The notes: generated from the letters alone by a model not told the origin. 64,000 bases of DNA from the human T2T-CHM13v2.0 reference genome, Homo sapiens (GCF_009914755.1 NC_060926.1), one strand, 5' to 3'; positions 13,751 through 28,190 are shown, numbered from the stretch's first letter. A program made the numbers and translations.

Positions 13751-16700
13751 AAATTTAAAAAAATTGAAGATAACTGTGGGCTGCTTGAGGACAAGAACTG
13801 GGTTATTTTCTCTCTCTTTGCTCAGTCAGTCCCCACATGGGAGGCGTGCGAGGCACCCCGTTCTTGGCCTGCAGGCCGCCCCCACTCCATCTGGCTGCAG
13901 GGTGCCACAGCCAGCCTCTGATTGCCAGTGGCCCCAGCACCTCAATCCATACCGACCTCACAGCAAACCCTCCGTGGCCACAGCCTGCCCTGGCCACTCA
14001 TGTCTGAAAGGTGATCGGTGTCCATGAAGAAGAGGCCATGGGGCTGTGGATGTCATGTGGCCAACTGTTAGTGGCCTGCGCAAGAGCAGACAGGAGCTGG
14101 CAGGCAGGCCCATGGGCCAGGCGTGGCTCCCAGCCATAAACACAGGCTGTAGCCCTGCCGGGAAGAAGGAGGGGACAGACAAGCCTGGGCAGAGACCCAG
14201 AGGGGACCAGGACACCCGATCCTCCATGGCAGTTCTGTCCACAGCTTGGGAGGAGAGGCAGGCAGGTCTGCAGGCAGGAGACAGGCCTCGGCCCACAGAG
14301 CTGCAATCTGATCCCATCTGCTCCCTCTCCAGTTCTATAAATAGAACCCCCAGGGAGCCAGGGCCCAGACAGGGTTAGTCACACCCTCACCTCAGGCCGC
14401 AGGGACAGGCCTCTGGGACTTCCAAGACATGTACCACCTGTCCTGCCCCCAACCCCTGCCAGCCTTCAGCAGGAGGGTTCATGCTGAGCATCAGGAGGGG
14501 GCAGAAGAATTGAACGTGGCCACTGTCCATGAAGAAGTTAGAGAAGAGTACACACAACACACATGCACACAAGAATAGGACACGTGCACACACACACACA
14601 CATGCATACAAGATTAGGAAACACAAGTGCACACACAACCAGTCAGAAATGAGCTCTGAGCTTTTACACATATTAACTCATTTCATCCTCAAACAGTCTT
14701 TAGAGAGGTATAATTAGTGTTCCCGTTTTAAAGGTGAGGGAACTAAGGCACAGAGGAGCTATGTAACTCACCCAAAGGCACCCAGCTACTGGCATGTGAG
14801 GCCATGATTTCTCCCCAGCAGCCCCACCCACAGCCCGTGCCTTTAACCACCTGCCTGACCCCTCCCAGCCAAGTGGCTCCGTCCCTACATCAGAAAGGTC
14901 AAGGAAGAGGCCGCCTAGGGAGCAGTACAAGGCAGCATTACAACCTGGCATTTTCCTGTTGCAGACTGCATTTTGGTGGCAAGAGAAGCTTTGGAGGTGC
15001 TTAACGTTTAGTTTGCATTTATCCTACCGCTGAAAAGCAGGGACCCTTAGGACCATAAGTCTAGGACTTTTCATAGCACCCTAGACTGCTGGGGATGAAA
15101 GGGGTTTGGAGCTGAGCTGGTGCAGCAGCTCCTGTTAGAGAAGCCACCCAGAGAGGCCCAGGGACCTCCTATGTCCCAGCGCCAGTTAGGGGCAGACGTG
15201 GGACCAGCTCCCCTCGGCTGCAGCGGCCTCCATATCAGCTCCCTGGAAGGGAGCAGATGCCAAGTCAGGTTCTGAGCAACACCCTCAAGGCCCAGCCCTG
15301 GCAATCCCTTCCCACCTGTGATTAGGTCTGGGGTTCAACAAAAATAGGACTCAAAATCTGGATCTTCTCGCCTTGCTTCACTTTGGGCTGGTTCAGTTTT
15401 GTTTCGAGGTAAATCATTCGAGGTTTTTCAGGGATCCTCAGATGCATGTCTGCGTGAAGCCGTCCTGGCTTCCCCTTCGGCTGCCCCCTGGGCAAGAGCC
15501 TGGGCCATACCTGTGCCATTCCTGAGCTCTGTCTCTAGCTGCCCTATGTCCAGTCATTGGCGATGGGTCTTATTCAAGCCCCCTTTCCCCCAACCCACAC
15601 TAGATTGTAAGCCCTCAGGGTGGGGACCGCTTCTCACTCATCCTTATATGCTTAGGAGTGTTCAGCACAAAGTCACTCAGGAGATGGCAGGCAGCGGGGA
15701 GAGGGCAGAGACAGAGGAGAGGCTTCTGTCCAGAGGGTTCCTACTTAGGATCATCCAAATCATCAGCAAATGTTGGAAAGATGGTCTGGGGGCCTCAGGC
15801 TGGCTACTCTTCCTCCCCATCAGGGCAAAACTCCCCGGGGGCTTGTGTCTCCCTGTGGTTGGGGACAGGCCTGGGTGTATCTGTCCCAGCCTTGACTGAC
15901 CACAAGGGGAGACTTGGCCCTCCCGACCACAGGAGAAGAGGGATTTGAATTCACCTCGGCCCAAATTGCAGATGCTGGCCTGCGAGCCCTGAGGCCATCT
16001 GCAAGGCTCCTGGGCTGACATAACTGTCACCCAGCTCTTCATCCTCCTTCCCCGGGGCTGAAGGGGTGCCTGCAGGGTCTTCTGCCCTCCCTCCACCTGG
16101 GCCCTACTGCCGGCACGGAGCTTCATTTCTGTTGGCAGCCAGTGTTTGCTTAGTGATTACTGAATGCCGTTTGCTGGGTGCTTATGATGTGCTCAGCACT
16201 GTTCTAAGTGCTTTACACAATTGACTTATTTACTCCTACAACCTGCCCATAAGGGAAGTGCTGCCATGGTCTCCCTTTTATAGCTGAGAAAACTGAGGCA
16301 CAGATAGGTCCATGGTCACACAGTTAACATAAGGCAGAGTCAGGACCAGAATCCAGGCGGACTGGCTCCAGAGCCCGGCTCCTGGACCGAGCAGCCTTGA
16401 GTAGGGACCTGGTGCAGACCCGCCTGCCGTGGACTCACTATAGGATGGGTCAGGAGGCCCGTTGTCACCTACAAAATGTAGCCCACCACCCAGGAAACGC
16501 TCCCAGAACCAGGCAGAAAATACTGTCTCCTATTCACAGGGTGGCTGTGCCTGGTGTGAGTGTCTTGGCGGGTGCCTGCATGTCTGTGCAGGAGTGCCAC
16601 CCCCATCTGTGGACTCGGAAAGCATGATCCCCACAAAAGCAACCCCTCAGAGTCTCAGCTCAGCCAATCCCTGTTATCCTGTGACAGGCAGGGCCATGTT

Positions 16701-17584
16701 TCAAAACCATGTTAAAGATGAGCAAGAGGCTAAGGAAGTTTCCCATGCTGGCAGAGGCAGGACAGGAACACATGTCCCCTGACTCTTGACATTGAGAATG
16801 CACCCCCTTCCACCCACCTGGCCTCTTGTCCCAGCCAGTGTGGTCCCAGCTATGCAGCTCTCTGGGACATCTCTGGAAAGCTCATTGTTCTCTGTCTGGG
16901 CAGTAAGACGGAGTGAGGCTCTGACTGCCGAGGCAGACAGACCTGCCTCCTGCTCTTCCTCCCCTCAATTATTTGTGCTGCCTGAAACAAGTTCCTGAGC
17001 CTCCCTGAGCCTCAGTTCCCTCCTCTGTAAAGTGGGAATGATAACTGAATCTACTTCCTGGTGTTCTTGTGAGGACCAGAGGCCCATCACCCGAGGAAAG
17101 GCCTGACAGCAGCAATGGGTGTATGGTAGGCATCCATTAATAGGAACTGCTGCTGCTGCTGCTGCCTTATAAAAGGAAAAATCACAGTTTCAAAAACCTC
17201 TTAAGATTGCATGATTTGTCATCTGAGAGCAGAGATTGTGATCTCCATTGACAAAGATGGAAGCTGGGGCCCAGGGAGGCACACAGACTTGTCTGAAGAC
17301 ACACAGCTGCTTCATAGCAGAGCCGGGCCCAGCCTCCTGGTTCCCCTGCCCCATCTTTATGTCAGTCCCTGGATCCACTCCCTCACCTGGTCAGGTGTCC
17401 AGAGGTTCCAGGAGAGTGTTGTGGAAAAGTAGGAAGAGGCAGACGCCCATGGAGGGTGTTGAAAGCCACCCCAGCTGCTCTGCTGCTTCAGGGCAGGGGA
17501 TCTTAAGCCCTGTGGAACTGTAGGCTGGTGAAGCTTGTGGACTTCTGCTCAGAATAATGTTCTTACATGCACCAGACAAAATAG

Positions 17585-17735
17585 CTTAGGGTTACAAATG
17601 AAATATATTATATGGAAACACAGCGAAAATATTTTTTAAAAAAGACTACAGTAGCATTAGGCATGCTTCTTTATTAGCACATTAAATGACAAGCTCTAGT
17701 GGCAGATCTAATGTCTACCATAATTTTATTTTTAC

Positions 17736-17769
<34 letters not shown>

Positions 17770-18240
17770 TTGAGATAGTCTTGCTCTGTCACCCAAACTG
17801 GAGTTCAGTGGTGCGATCACTTCAGTCTTCAACTCCTGGGCTCAAGCGATCCTCCTGCCTCAATGTCCTGAGTAGCTGGGACGACAGGCGTGTGCCACTG
17901 TGCCTGGCTAATTTTTTTTTTATTTTTTTAGAGATGGGACCTCCCTGTGTGGCCCAGGCTGGTCTTGAACTCCTGACCTCAAGCGATTCTCCTGCCTTGA
18001 CCTCCTGAAGTGCTAAGATTACAGGTGTGAGCCACTGCACCTGGCTAGCATGGTTTTAAATTTGTGCTCAATTTAAATGGTATTAGGATAAATTATTTAC
18101 AGGTAAATTTATGATATGATCTTGGTCAGTATTAATGAAAAATTATGTTGCCTACCTTCATACTTAAAGGAAATAGCAAATTTTAGTTAGAAGTTGGTGA
18201 CAATTAATATATAATAATTTTTCCATCCAAGTTTACTGTA
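17585..18240. mobile_element. AT-rich hAT-Charlie-like DNA transposon remnant, split by an AluJ
   Basis: By-eye similarity to Charlie-family sequence (ggaaatagcaaattttagttagaagttggtga...ccatccaagttt); family uncertain. Confidence 0.45.
17724..18047 (-). mobile_element. AluJ with (TTA)n tail
   Basis: Both arms; AluJ-type ctcctgggctcaagcgatcctcc. Confidence 0.92.
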
Positions 18241-18996
18241 GACCGATGGCCCGAGTTCAGGGTTTCCTCCACATCCACTCATATCTTGGGCTCAGCAAAG
18301 AAGATCACAGGGCACCCACTCTATCTTAGGGGCCCATTCACTTGTCTCTCAGTCCTGCCCTCAGAGATCAAGGTTTGGTGTTCATTCATTCATTCATTCA
18401 GCAAACACTGAGCACTGCCTCCGTGCCAGGCTATGATACACAGTGAGGTCCAAGGTCAGATGAGATGAGGTCCTGCCCTCAAGCTGTTCACCATGCTTCA
18501 GGGAGAGCATAAGAAGAACTGCTCCAAGATGCAAAATGTAGACAAGCATAGGGACATGCTCACCCTTCCTGGTCATCAAACACCCAGCGATGGTGAGGTT
18601 GGGGTTAGATGGTCACTCCTGGCTAGTGACACTGTCCATTGCCTAATCCTTTTGAAAAGAAGTATGGCACTGCATCACATTGGTCATGGAAATTCCAGAG
18701 TCCCCTTTCCCAGCACTCTCACTCTGCCAGTTTTTCCCGAGGAAATCATTCAGCAGGAGGGACAAAGGGTGGAGGGCAGAAGTCATCCCTGCTCTTCCTG
18801 AGTCTGTGCTCTCCCCAGGGAAGGGGCTGTGTTGTGTTCAGCTTGTTCCCCTGGTGCTGACACGTGGTAGCACTCGGTGAACACCTGCTGGGTGAATGTC
18901 TGACTGCCGTGTAGTTACGATGTATAAGAGGAGGGAGGTGGCAGAAGGGGCAGTCCAGGAGCCCTCCACTGACCAGGTTCCTGACTTCTCTTGCAG

Positions 18997-19496
18997 CCAC
19001 CAAAATGCCAGAAGAGATGGACAAGCCACTGATCAGCCTCCACCTGGTGGACAGCGATAGTAGCCTTGCCAAGGTCCCCGATGAGGCCCCCAAAGTGGGC
19101 ATCCTGGGTAGCGGGGACTTTGCCCGCTCCCTGGCCACACGCCTGGTGGGCTCTGGCTTCAAAGTGGTGGTGGGGAGCCGCAACCCCAAACGCACAGCCA
19201 GGCTGTTTCCCTCAGCGGCCCAAGTGACTTTCCAAGAGGAGGCAGTGAGCTCCCCGGAGGTCATCTTTGTGGCTGTGTTCCGGGAGCACTACTCTTCACT
19301 GTGCAGTCTCAGTGACCAGCTGGCGGGCAAGATCCTGGTGGATGTGAGCAACCCTACAGAGCAAGAGCACCTTCAGCATCGTGAGTCCAATGCTGAGTAC
19401 CTGGCCTCCCTCTTCCCCACTTGCACAGTGGTCAAGGCCTTCAATGTCATCTCTGCCTGGACCCTGCAGGCTGGCCCAAGGGATGGTAACAGGCAG
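18997..19496 (+). CDS. STEAP3: STEAP3 coding exon: N-terminal NADPH-binding oxidoreductase (F420H2:NADP+ oxidoreductase-like) domain; ATG at 19005 starts the 488-aa isoform
   Basis: ttctcttgcAG acceptor and CAG|GTAGGT donor. Translates [20 protein letters not shown]...[13 protein letters not shown] (Rossmann GxGxxA)...[23 protein letters not shown]. Confidence 0.98.
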
Positions 19497-21186
19497 GTAG
19501 GTTCTGGGGGAATAATACCCATCGTAACAATAAATATAAATGGCTAATTTTCATCGAGTGCTGCCAGCATGCTTTTTTTGATATGTTATCATAACTAATC
19601 CTGCATCACTGCAAAATTCCATTTTACAGAACAGGAAATTGTGGCTCAAAGACATTAATGATCTTACTGAAAATTCCATAGCTGGTAAGTTGGGATTTGA
19701 ACCCAGTTCCTGTGGATCTGAAACCCATGTTCTTTCTGCTATGGTAACAGGGTTTCCTAGAGGGCAAGGAGGAAAAGGTTGATGGCTTTTTGCTATTTGG
19801 AGCCAAGAAGGAGAGAGACTTGGCTTTTAGAATTGGACTCAGAAGGAGGAAAGTAACACACTTATGTACCGGGCCCTGAGGAAGGCAGGCATGTCTCAAA
19901 TTTTATCGTATTTATTCTAAGGGCTTCCAAGAACTGATTTCTCAGAAAAGTCAACAGCAGGTTTTTCTGGGGCTAGATAATGGCTCCACGGAACAGCTAG
20001 AGCTGCATACGTTTCTTGCCACGAGGAGCTCTTACCAAGACAAGGTGGTTTTTAATGCCACCTTGGTTTTTAATGCATTTTCTTGGCGAAAGAATGCCAG
20101 ACTCCATGTGTGAGAACTTCCACCAGTGAGTCGAGCCCAGGTGCCAGGCTCTGTAGGACAGTTTAAAGGTGCCCAGCCATACCTGACTACAGCACCTTAA
20201 ATGCAGGCTGCATCATGGGACTCCCAGGTATGGACCAGGAGGAACAGTGGAGAGTGTTGGATGCAGGGCCTGGAGGGAACGGAGCAAGCAAGCTGGCTGG
20301 AGAAGACTTGGAGGAGGGCTTTGACCTGGGCCCACCTCATGCTGTCAGGCTCAGGGAGCAGGGAGTGCATTCCAGTCTGAGGGAACAATCTGAAAAGGCA
20401 CAGAGATAAGAAACAATGCTCCTAGACCTCAGTTTTCTCACCTGAAAAATGAAGACTATAGTACCTACCTGCGGGCTCATGGCAAGGCTGAGAGATCATA
20501 TATGTAAAGCTCAGCATAGAGTAGGTGTTCAGTCTGTGTTTGGAGACTAAACTGACCAATGCAGTGTCAACAAGGCCCACGGGGTGCTTGGGGATCTGAG
20601 GACTGCAATGTGCCTGCAGGGGGACCTCGTGGGTCAGAGCAGCGGGCTTCAAGGCGGAGAGGGCAGGCTGGAGCTGGCTTGTAGAAGGCCTTATGTGCTG
20701 GCTGAGGGCTCTACTGAGCCGAGGGACATCATCAAGGGGGGTGATTCTGAACTGAGGGATGGAGCTGCAGCCACAGCTGCCCATTCTGCACCATACGCAA
20801 AACTCTTTTGCTGAGCGGCTCCCAGGGCAGGCCACGGCCTTGGAGACAGCCATGTCGGGGGCCCATGGGGACTACCTGGATGAGCATTTTGCTTGTGGTT
20901 GCTGATGTCCACGAGCTGGGCAAGATGCTTACTGTTTGCAGCTTCCCTCCTTGAGTAGTTGGCCTGGCTTGGCAGGTGGGCCAGAGGCTGGGAGGCCTGG
21001 GCAGCAGAGAAAAGACCCCTAGCCTGGGAGCTAGAACCCCATTGGCTCCCACCTGTACCATTGACTGGCAGCTCACTTGAACAAGTCCCTGCCCCTCTGG
21101 CCCTCGGTTTCCTCAGCTGCTCAGTGAGGCCCTGCCCACTCCTGTGGCCTGTGACGCCGTCTGACTGCCCCACTTTTCTCCCGCAG

Positions 21187-21714
21187 GTGCCCATCTGCGG
21201 TGACCAGCCAGAAGCCAAGCGTGCTGTCTCGGAGATGGCGCTCGCCATGGGCTTCATGCCCGTGGACATGGGATCCCTGGCGTCAGCCTGGGAGGTGGAG
21301 GCCATGCCCCTGCGCCTCCTCCCGGCCTGGAAGGTGCCCACCCTGCTGGCCCTGGGGCTCTTCGTCTGCTTCTATGCCTACAACTTCGTCCGGGACGTTC
21401 TGCAGCCCTATGTGCAGGAAAGCCAGAACAAGTTCTTCAAGCTGCCCGTGTCCGTGGTCAACACCACACTGCCGTGCGTGGCCTACGTGCTGCTGTCACT
21501 TGTGTACTTGCCCGGCGTGCTGGCGGCTGCCCTGCAGCTGCGGCGCGGCACCAAGTACCAGCGCTTCCCCGACTGGCTGGACCACTGGCTACAGCACCGC
21601 AAGCAGATCGGGCTGCTCAGCTTCTTCTGCGCCGCCCTGCACGCCCTCTACAGCTTCTGCTTGCCGCTGCGCCGCGCCCACCGCTACGACCTGGTCAACC
21701 TGGCAGTCAAGCAG
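21187..21714 (+). CDS. STEAP3: STEAP3 coding exon: end of the oxidoreductase domain and TM1-TM3, including heme ligand His316 (488-aa numbering)
   Basis: ttttctcccgcAG acceptor, CAG|GTACCC donor, 528 nt, phase 0-0. Translates [11 protein letters not shown]...[36 protein letters not shown]...VNLAVKQ; CpG-rich. Confidence 0.98.
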
Positions 21715-21939
21715 GTACCCACCCCATGCCCTTCCTCCCTCTGGCAACTCAGCACATGCTTGTCCAGCACCTCCCCCCCCCACCAACCAGGTGCAGCCGA
21801 TACCCACGGGTGCAGCCTTACCAGGTGCCAACTGCAGATTCTGTTCCAATGGGGCAGCACCCACATCCTCCTGCCCAAGATTTTGAGTATCAGTGAACAA
21901 AGCAGATGAAAATTCCTGCCCCCATGGGTACAGCCCAGT

Positions 21940-22640
21940 TGGGGCAGACTTAAACAAAATACAGCAGTGAGTCATAGTGGGCGTTGAGAGGATCAGGAGT
22001 GCTAAGGCGCAAAGGAAAGCAAGCGTGGGCGGTGGGGGTGCAGGTTTGAAGATGGTCCAGGAGGACTTGCAGAGTGAGTGCTATGTGAGCAGAGCTGGAA
22101 GGAGGGGAGAGGGGCCGGTGGCCTGCTGGGGTGATGTTGCAGGCCACGGGGCATAGTCCTTGGGCAGAAGTGTGCCTGGTACGTTGGAGGAGCAGCCAGG
22201 AGGCCCATGTGGCTAAAGCTGAACAAGGAGGGGGTGGCAGGCGAGGCCTGAGAGGAAGAGCTTCAGCCTTAGGCTCCGAGTGAAATAGGGAGCTGGTGAA
22301 GGTTTGAATTTAGGTGTTGATCGGCCTGACATTTTAAGTGGTTCTCTCTGGTTTTTGGCTGAGAACAGACTGTAGGAGGTCAAAGGCAGCTAGCTGCTGG
22401 GGCCAGCGAGGAAGCCGTGCATATGCCCAGATTTGAGGCAGTGGAGGCTGGAGGCAGTGGGAGCAGTGGAGGAGCAAGGAGATCCTGAAGGCACATGTGA
22501 AGCTGGAGTGCATGGAATTGCCGCTGGAATGGCCCCAGGGTTTTGTGGGTGATCAGGGATGACTCTGGGGTTGGGTCTGAGCACCTGAAAGAGAGAGTTG
22601 CCATCAGCTGAGATGGGGAAGGCTGCAGGAGTGAGCATTC
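21940..22640. mobile_element. Degenerate L2 fragment
   Basis: Purine-rich L2-like motifs (gatgactctggggttgggtctgagcacctgaaagagagagttgccatcagctgagatgggg). Confidence 0.6.
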
Positions 22641-25600
22641 CAGGTTTAGGTTTGTTGTTGTTGTTGTTGTTCTTTGTTTGTTTTACTGGGGGTGGCACTA
22701 ATCATTCATTTAGAAAATTCATATGGGGCTTGGTTGCCAGCAGGGTTCCTGGGAAGTGGAGGACCTTCAGGCCACACCAGGTGGGGACCCAGGCATCAGC
22801 TGGCACCTGTGCCCACAGAAACAGGCCCCTGATGCTCCCTCCTGGTCCACAAGCTCATGGGGCTTGATTCTTAGTCCCAAGCTCACATCTTCAGCAACAC
22901 TGTCTTTATTTTCTCCAAATTAATTCCACCTCCAGTGCCCAGCCCCGGGGCTGGTTGATGCATAGGTCCTGCCCACTCCAGGACGCTAGTCACCCAACAG
23001 GGTTCAGCCCAGGTGCTGGTGAGACACTTCTCATCCACCCCTCATTCCAGCCTGGCAGCCCCTGCAGCTCCTGCTCCTGCTCAGAATGCAGGGACCTTGG
23101 TGAGGCTGGGCCCTCCCCTAAACACCTAGCACAGGGCCATCCCCTCCGAGCATGGGGGATTGGCAGGACTGGGAAGCAGGGCTGGGCACCTCCTGAGAAC
23201 CACAGACCTCAGCCCCTACTCACTGTCAGGGTTGCTGCTTCTCTGCCAGCAGCTACTCGACTGCCCTCGTCCTTTGCCACCCACAGATACCGGCATCATT
23301 GCATCTGTGGGCTCAGAATTTCCTAAGACAAAGGAAGAACCCCAGACTTCAGGCAGAAAAGCAAGATGCTTGATGGAAATGAGAGGAAGGGAAGAAATCA
23401 GTCATGAACCCTTAACAAGAGCTCGCTGTGTTCCAGGAACCATTCTAAGAGCTTCGTACACCACTGTGAATTCATTTAACCCCATCTCATCCCTGTAGGC
23501 CAGGTGCTATTATATCCTTATTTCATAGATGAGAAATCTGAGGCACAGAGGGGTCAAGTAACTTGGCCAAAGTCACACAGTCAGTAAGTAGCACAGCTGG
23601 GATTCAGATCCAGCTATTTTCCAGATCCATGCTTATACCCACGCTGCTTTCTACAGGCAAACCAAATTCACAATTGAGTAAATGATTTCAGAACTAGGTC
23701 ATTCATTCACTCATTCACTGAGCACCTACTCTGCCAGGCCCTGGGGCCACAGAAAGGAGTAAGAAAGACACAGACCATCTGGCTCCTCGCCTCAGCTGGT
23801 GTGGGGCGGTGTGGAGGCCTGAAGGCTAGAGGCTGGACTCCTGCTCTCCAGCATCGCTGACTGGAACAAAGATCTTGACCTTGAGCAAGTCACAGCCCCT
23901 CTTTTGTCCTCGAGGTCCTGATGTGTAGATCAAGCTCTCTCCTAGTGCTAATGTTTTCAATGCTCTTTGACGATATTTTCTTACTGACTTCTACAAAGCA
24001 CCAGCCCCTTGGCAGGAGGCTCTGCGGGGCTCCCTGGGGACTAGTACAATGTTGCTGCCCAGGACGGGGCAGATCTGCATGGAGGAGCCCACTCCCTCTC
24101 CCCTGAGCTGGCAGGTATTTCCAGCAGCAGTGGGAAAGACGGGGACGGTGCCCACTACCCCCCAGGGTAAAAGACACACCACTGCTCCCTCCCTCCCCTG
24201 CCACCCTTCAACTGCCTTTGTCTAAATTCTCTGCCCTGCCAAGGCTCTCCCTGATATTCTGTTAACCCAATTCTGCCCTGATGCAAATACCAGGGCACAG
24301 AGGGGCGCATGCAAGGTAATTTTCCCCGTGTCCCAAAAATCTTTAGGGCTGCAGGCCCTGGTGAGGTTGCCAGGCAACCATCCCTCCCGCAGGACGAGAT
24401 CAGTCAGAGACACCGAAGGCCTCTCATGCAAAGGGGCTTAAACTTGTTCTGCAGAGTTCTTAAGGGCAAAACCAGGGCTGATGTGGTTATGTCGGGGTGG
24501 GTGGTCGGAGGGAGGCAGGGGCTTGACACACAGCAGCCCAGATACGGGGAGGTGCCCAAGCCTGGGCACATCCAAGCAGATTCTGGATGGTCCATGGTAA
24601 GCCATGCCCGCGGTTCTGGGCCTGGGCACCTGAGGCTGTTCTGCCTTCAGCCCCAAACAGCAGGGACTCCTGGGTGGCTCAGGCTTGATGTGTGGCTTCT
24701 GCTGCCAGCCCATGGGCACCTCACCACAGGGTCCCCACATGGCCACTCACCACCCCAACTGCCCACTAGGCCCTTGGGTCAAGGGAGCACATTAGTCTAG
24801 GCACAAGAAACTCCTCCAAGATTTCCTTACAGCCCTGAGTCTGCAGATTAGGAGGCAAAGGTGTATGCCAGCTGTAGAGAAAACCTTTGAGACCATGTTT
24901 ACAGACAGTATTATTACCAACAATAACCGATATTTGTACAGGGCATTTGGATTTGCTTGTGTATTTCCCTGGAAATACACATTTCAACATCAAACTCAAA
25001 GATCAAGATCAAAGAAATGTTTAACCTGCACACTGTTCTCCTGTTACCTTCACCCCGTTCTCCTATTACCTTCACCCCAAGCTACATCTGCACATGGCTG
25101 GCACAGGATGGTCTGAAACTCTCATCTGACCATGTCACTGCTGAAAAGATCCAGTGACCCCAGTGTCCTTGGGATAATGGTAGAACCCTCACTATGCAGC
25201 TAGACTCCCTCCGCAGCCTCATCTCCCCTTCTCCTGTGACGTGTCAACACTTGGGTCCCATACTGTCCTCTAAATGGGCAGAGCTCATTCCTCTCGGCTT
25301 GGAACGCCCACCCCAGGACACCTTGACAGCTTGCAAACTCCTATTCCTCCTTCAAAACCCTACCTCTGTTAAGCTCCCCCAGACTATCCCCTTACTTCCC
25401 CATACCTGCCTCTGTAATCTGTTGCATTTTGTAAATACTTTTTTATTATTTTTCTTATACACTACTTCATACCCGACTCAGAGGTCCATGACTGGGTCTT
25501 CTACACCTTGGGGTCCATGGTTCCTAACACAGGTTCACAGTGCATGCTCACTGAGTGACTGATTTTTAAATTGGCCACCACAGAGCCAATATCAGGCATC

Positions 25601-28190
25601 TTAAGAGGAGTGCACGTAGAGCTTGGAGCAAGAACTAGTCTAACTGCCTTGCTGCCACTAAGAACAACAGCCATTTATTACATTAAGTGCCCACTGTGTG
25701 CCTGTTCCATGCTACTCATTCCACAAACGTAATGCTTTTAGTCCTGCAGTAACACAGCAAGATACAATGATGCTATGAGCCAGGAAAGGGACTGCCCAGG
25801 GTCTCATGACTGCCCACCAGTGGCAGAGTCAGCGTCAGAATCCAGGCCTATGGTCTCTATGCCCCAAGGTTGCCCTTCCACACCCTGCCACCCCCTCCTC
25901 CTCTGAGTCTGGCAGGCAGTGAGTTGGTACCACTCTCTTCCCATCCATCACCCACTATGAAGACATGGAGAGGGGCTAATGCTGCAGCCTCACTGGTCCT
26001 TCAGCGTCTGACCTGCAACCTAGAGGGAAATCCCACACCTGAATGCTGTCTTTCCATCTCTTGTTGATGAACACTCTCCTTGGCCTTCTCAAGGAGAAGG
26101 TGGTGAACTTGATCATCTCTAAACATAGAGACTTACTTACTAGGGGAGCTGTTACATCTGCGTTCCAGTTAGCCATGTGTGCCACTGGTCACCAGGGAGC
26201 TCTGAGCACAACACTGTGGTTTAATAGGCTGGCTGAGAATCTCATGGACTCCTAAGGCTGGCTTAGGTTCTGTCCTCATGCGGGTCTTTGCCATCCACTG
26301 CTCCCTAGCCCACCTCATCCCTCCCTTCCCAGCGTCACTGCAGACTGGAAATGTTAGAGGAAAAAAACAAGGCATTTTACAAGCCAATGTGGTATACGTG
26401 TGTGTAATCATCCAAACTCTGACTTGTGACATTAACTGCCTGATCTTCCCGAGGCGCAGAGAGGAATGACTAATGAAGCAGAGTTAAAGAACAAACAACT
26501 TCCAGCGAGGAGATGACTTACTCAATTCATGCTGTGAGGTGTGAGTAAGACTTCTCTGGGCAGAGGTACGGAGGAGACCTCTCTGCCCTCTGCACGCCTT
26601 TCCAGCTAATGGTGACTTCAACCACAGCAGGCACATAAGCAAAATCAAGAGAATTTCAGACATGACCTCATCCAAACCTCCTAGGTAGAGAAACTGAGGC
26701 CCAGAGACAGTCTTGCCAGAGTCACATGCCACTGGTGGTCAGGACAAGAGGCTGGGTCCCTAGACTCCTGGTCCCTTAGTGGCTTAAAGTCACCAAAGTG
26801 AGCCAGGCCTGCCCTAAAATAGAACAGAGCCAATCATTTTTCACAGATTGCAGGAAAAGCACTCAATGGATGGCATTTTCTCTGTTTCTTTAAACTTTCT
26901 CTTATAAGCTGTACAACCATTTTGCTCAGCCCAGTGGATTCACTTTTAATATTTTATGTGGTAACTGAGCTCGTGTTTTTTTTTTTCTGCTGAAATTGTT
27001 TCTCAAAAAACCTGTATGAGTCATTCTGTTTTGAGAGGCTGCCTATTAAAGTGTAGTCACATCTTCTAATGGAAATACTGTTCCTTGTTCTGCTGACATT
27101 ATAGAATAAAAGTACCAGCATTTCACAGTGTTTCACAGAGAACACCTTGACTTCCAGGAACTCTGCTACCCGGTCTAGTTGCACCTTGATAAAAGTTCTT
27201 CCTCATGAGGGCACTATGCGAGTGAGTGTTGGCTGGGCTAGGAGGGGGCTCAGTGGCAAGGTGGGGAGAGAAGGGTCAGAAATCTCCAGGTTCATAGGGG
27301 CTCCCCAATTTATATGTCCTGGAACTTGGTGGGGGGGCCCAGATCTCTGTGAGGGCAGGGTAAGGGCAGGTATCTTTATTTTCTGTAGCCCAGGGCCTGG
27401 CACACAGTAGGTGCTTCGTAAGTGGTCACTGAACTGCTTGGTGAATGGCCGTCAGTCTCTCTTGCCTGGCAAAGTTGAGCCAAGGCTGTGTGCCTCAGGC
27501 AGAAGTAGAGAACTGGGTAGGAAGAGGGGAGGCTGAGAGCTTTGGGTCGGGGAGTGTTGGGGGCTCAGTGTCTGTATGTGTCTTTGTATGTCCTGAGTGT
27601 GAGCCAGTGATGGGGGCAGTGTGGGGCTCCAGGAAGACAGAGGGCTCAGGGTGAGACAGGCTGGGAAGGGAAGCAGCCAGTAAGGTGTGAGCTCATTGGC
27701 TGAGGGGATTCAGAGCTAGGAGAGCTCCTCTCTCCTGTCCTGGGATTCTGGGGCCGGAAAACCGTGAGACGGAGCCATGCTTAAGGGCTGTATTTCTGGT
27801 TGACTCCTTACTCTGCTGATGTGACTGTTCTGATTGGCTGCCCCGGGGCAGATATGTGAAAGCCCCAGGAGCCCCGGTCATTGGCACCAGGCTGAGTGGG
27901 TCCTGATCCCAGCTCTGCATCTGTTAGCTACATGTGACCTTGGGAAAGTGATTTGATCTTTGTGCCTCATTTCCTCCATCTCTAAAATGGGCTAATAGTG
28001 ATCTCTACTTTGTGGGGTGGTTTTGAGGATTCGATGAGTTAATGCCTGAGAAACGCTTATCACAGAGCCAGGTAGCGTCAGGTGCAGTGTGAGCGCCCGC
28101 CATCTTGTCTTTCTTGTGTCCTTCATCATTGCCCTCCCGGGGCACCAGCCTTTGCCACAGTGTTCATGGTTTTCCTTCCATCCATGTCAG

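Noticed and set aside
18746-19264. 172-aa antisense ORF, and similar overlapping ORFs at 20691-21341, 21200-21886 and 36565-36981
   Set aside because: Shadow frames of GC-rich coding exons with no recognisable protein features.
20959-21909. 316-aa ORF extending on both sides of the 528-nt exon
   Set aside because: Chance read-through of GC-rich intron flanks. Canonical splice sites delimit the STEAP-homologous part.
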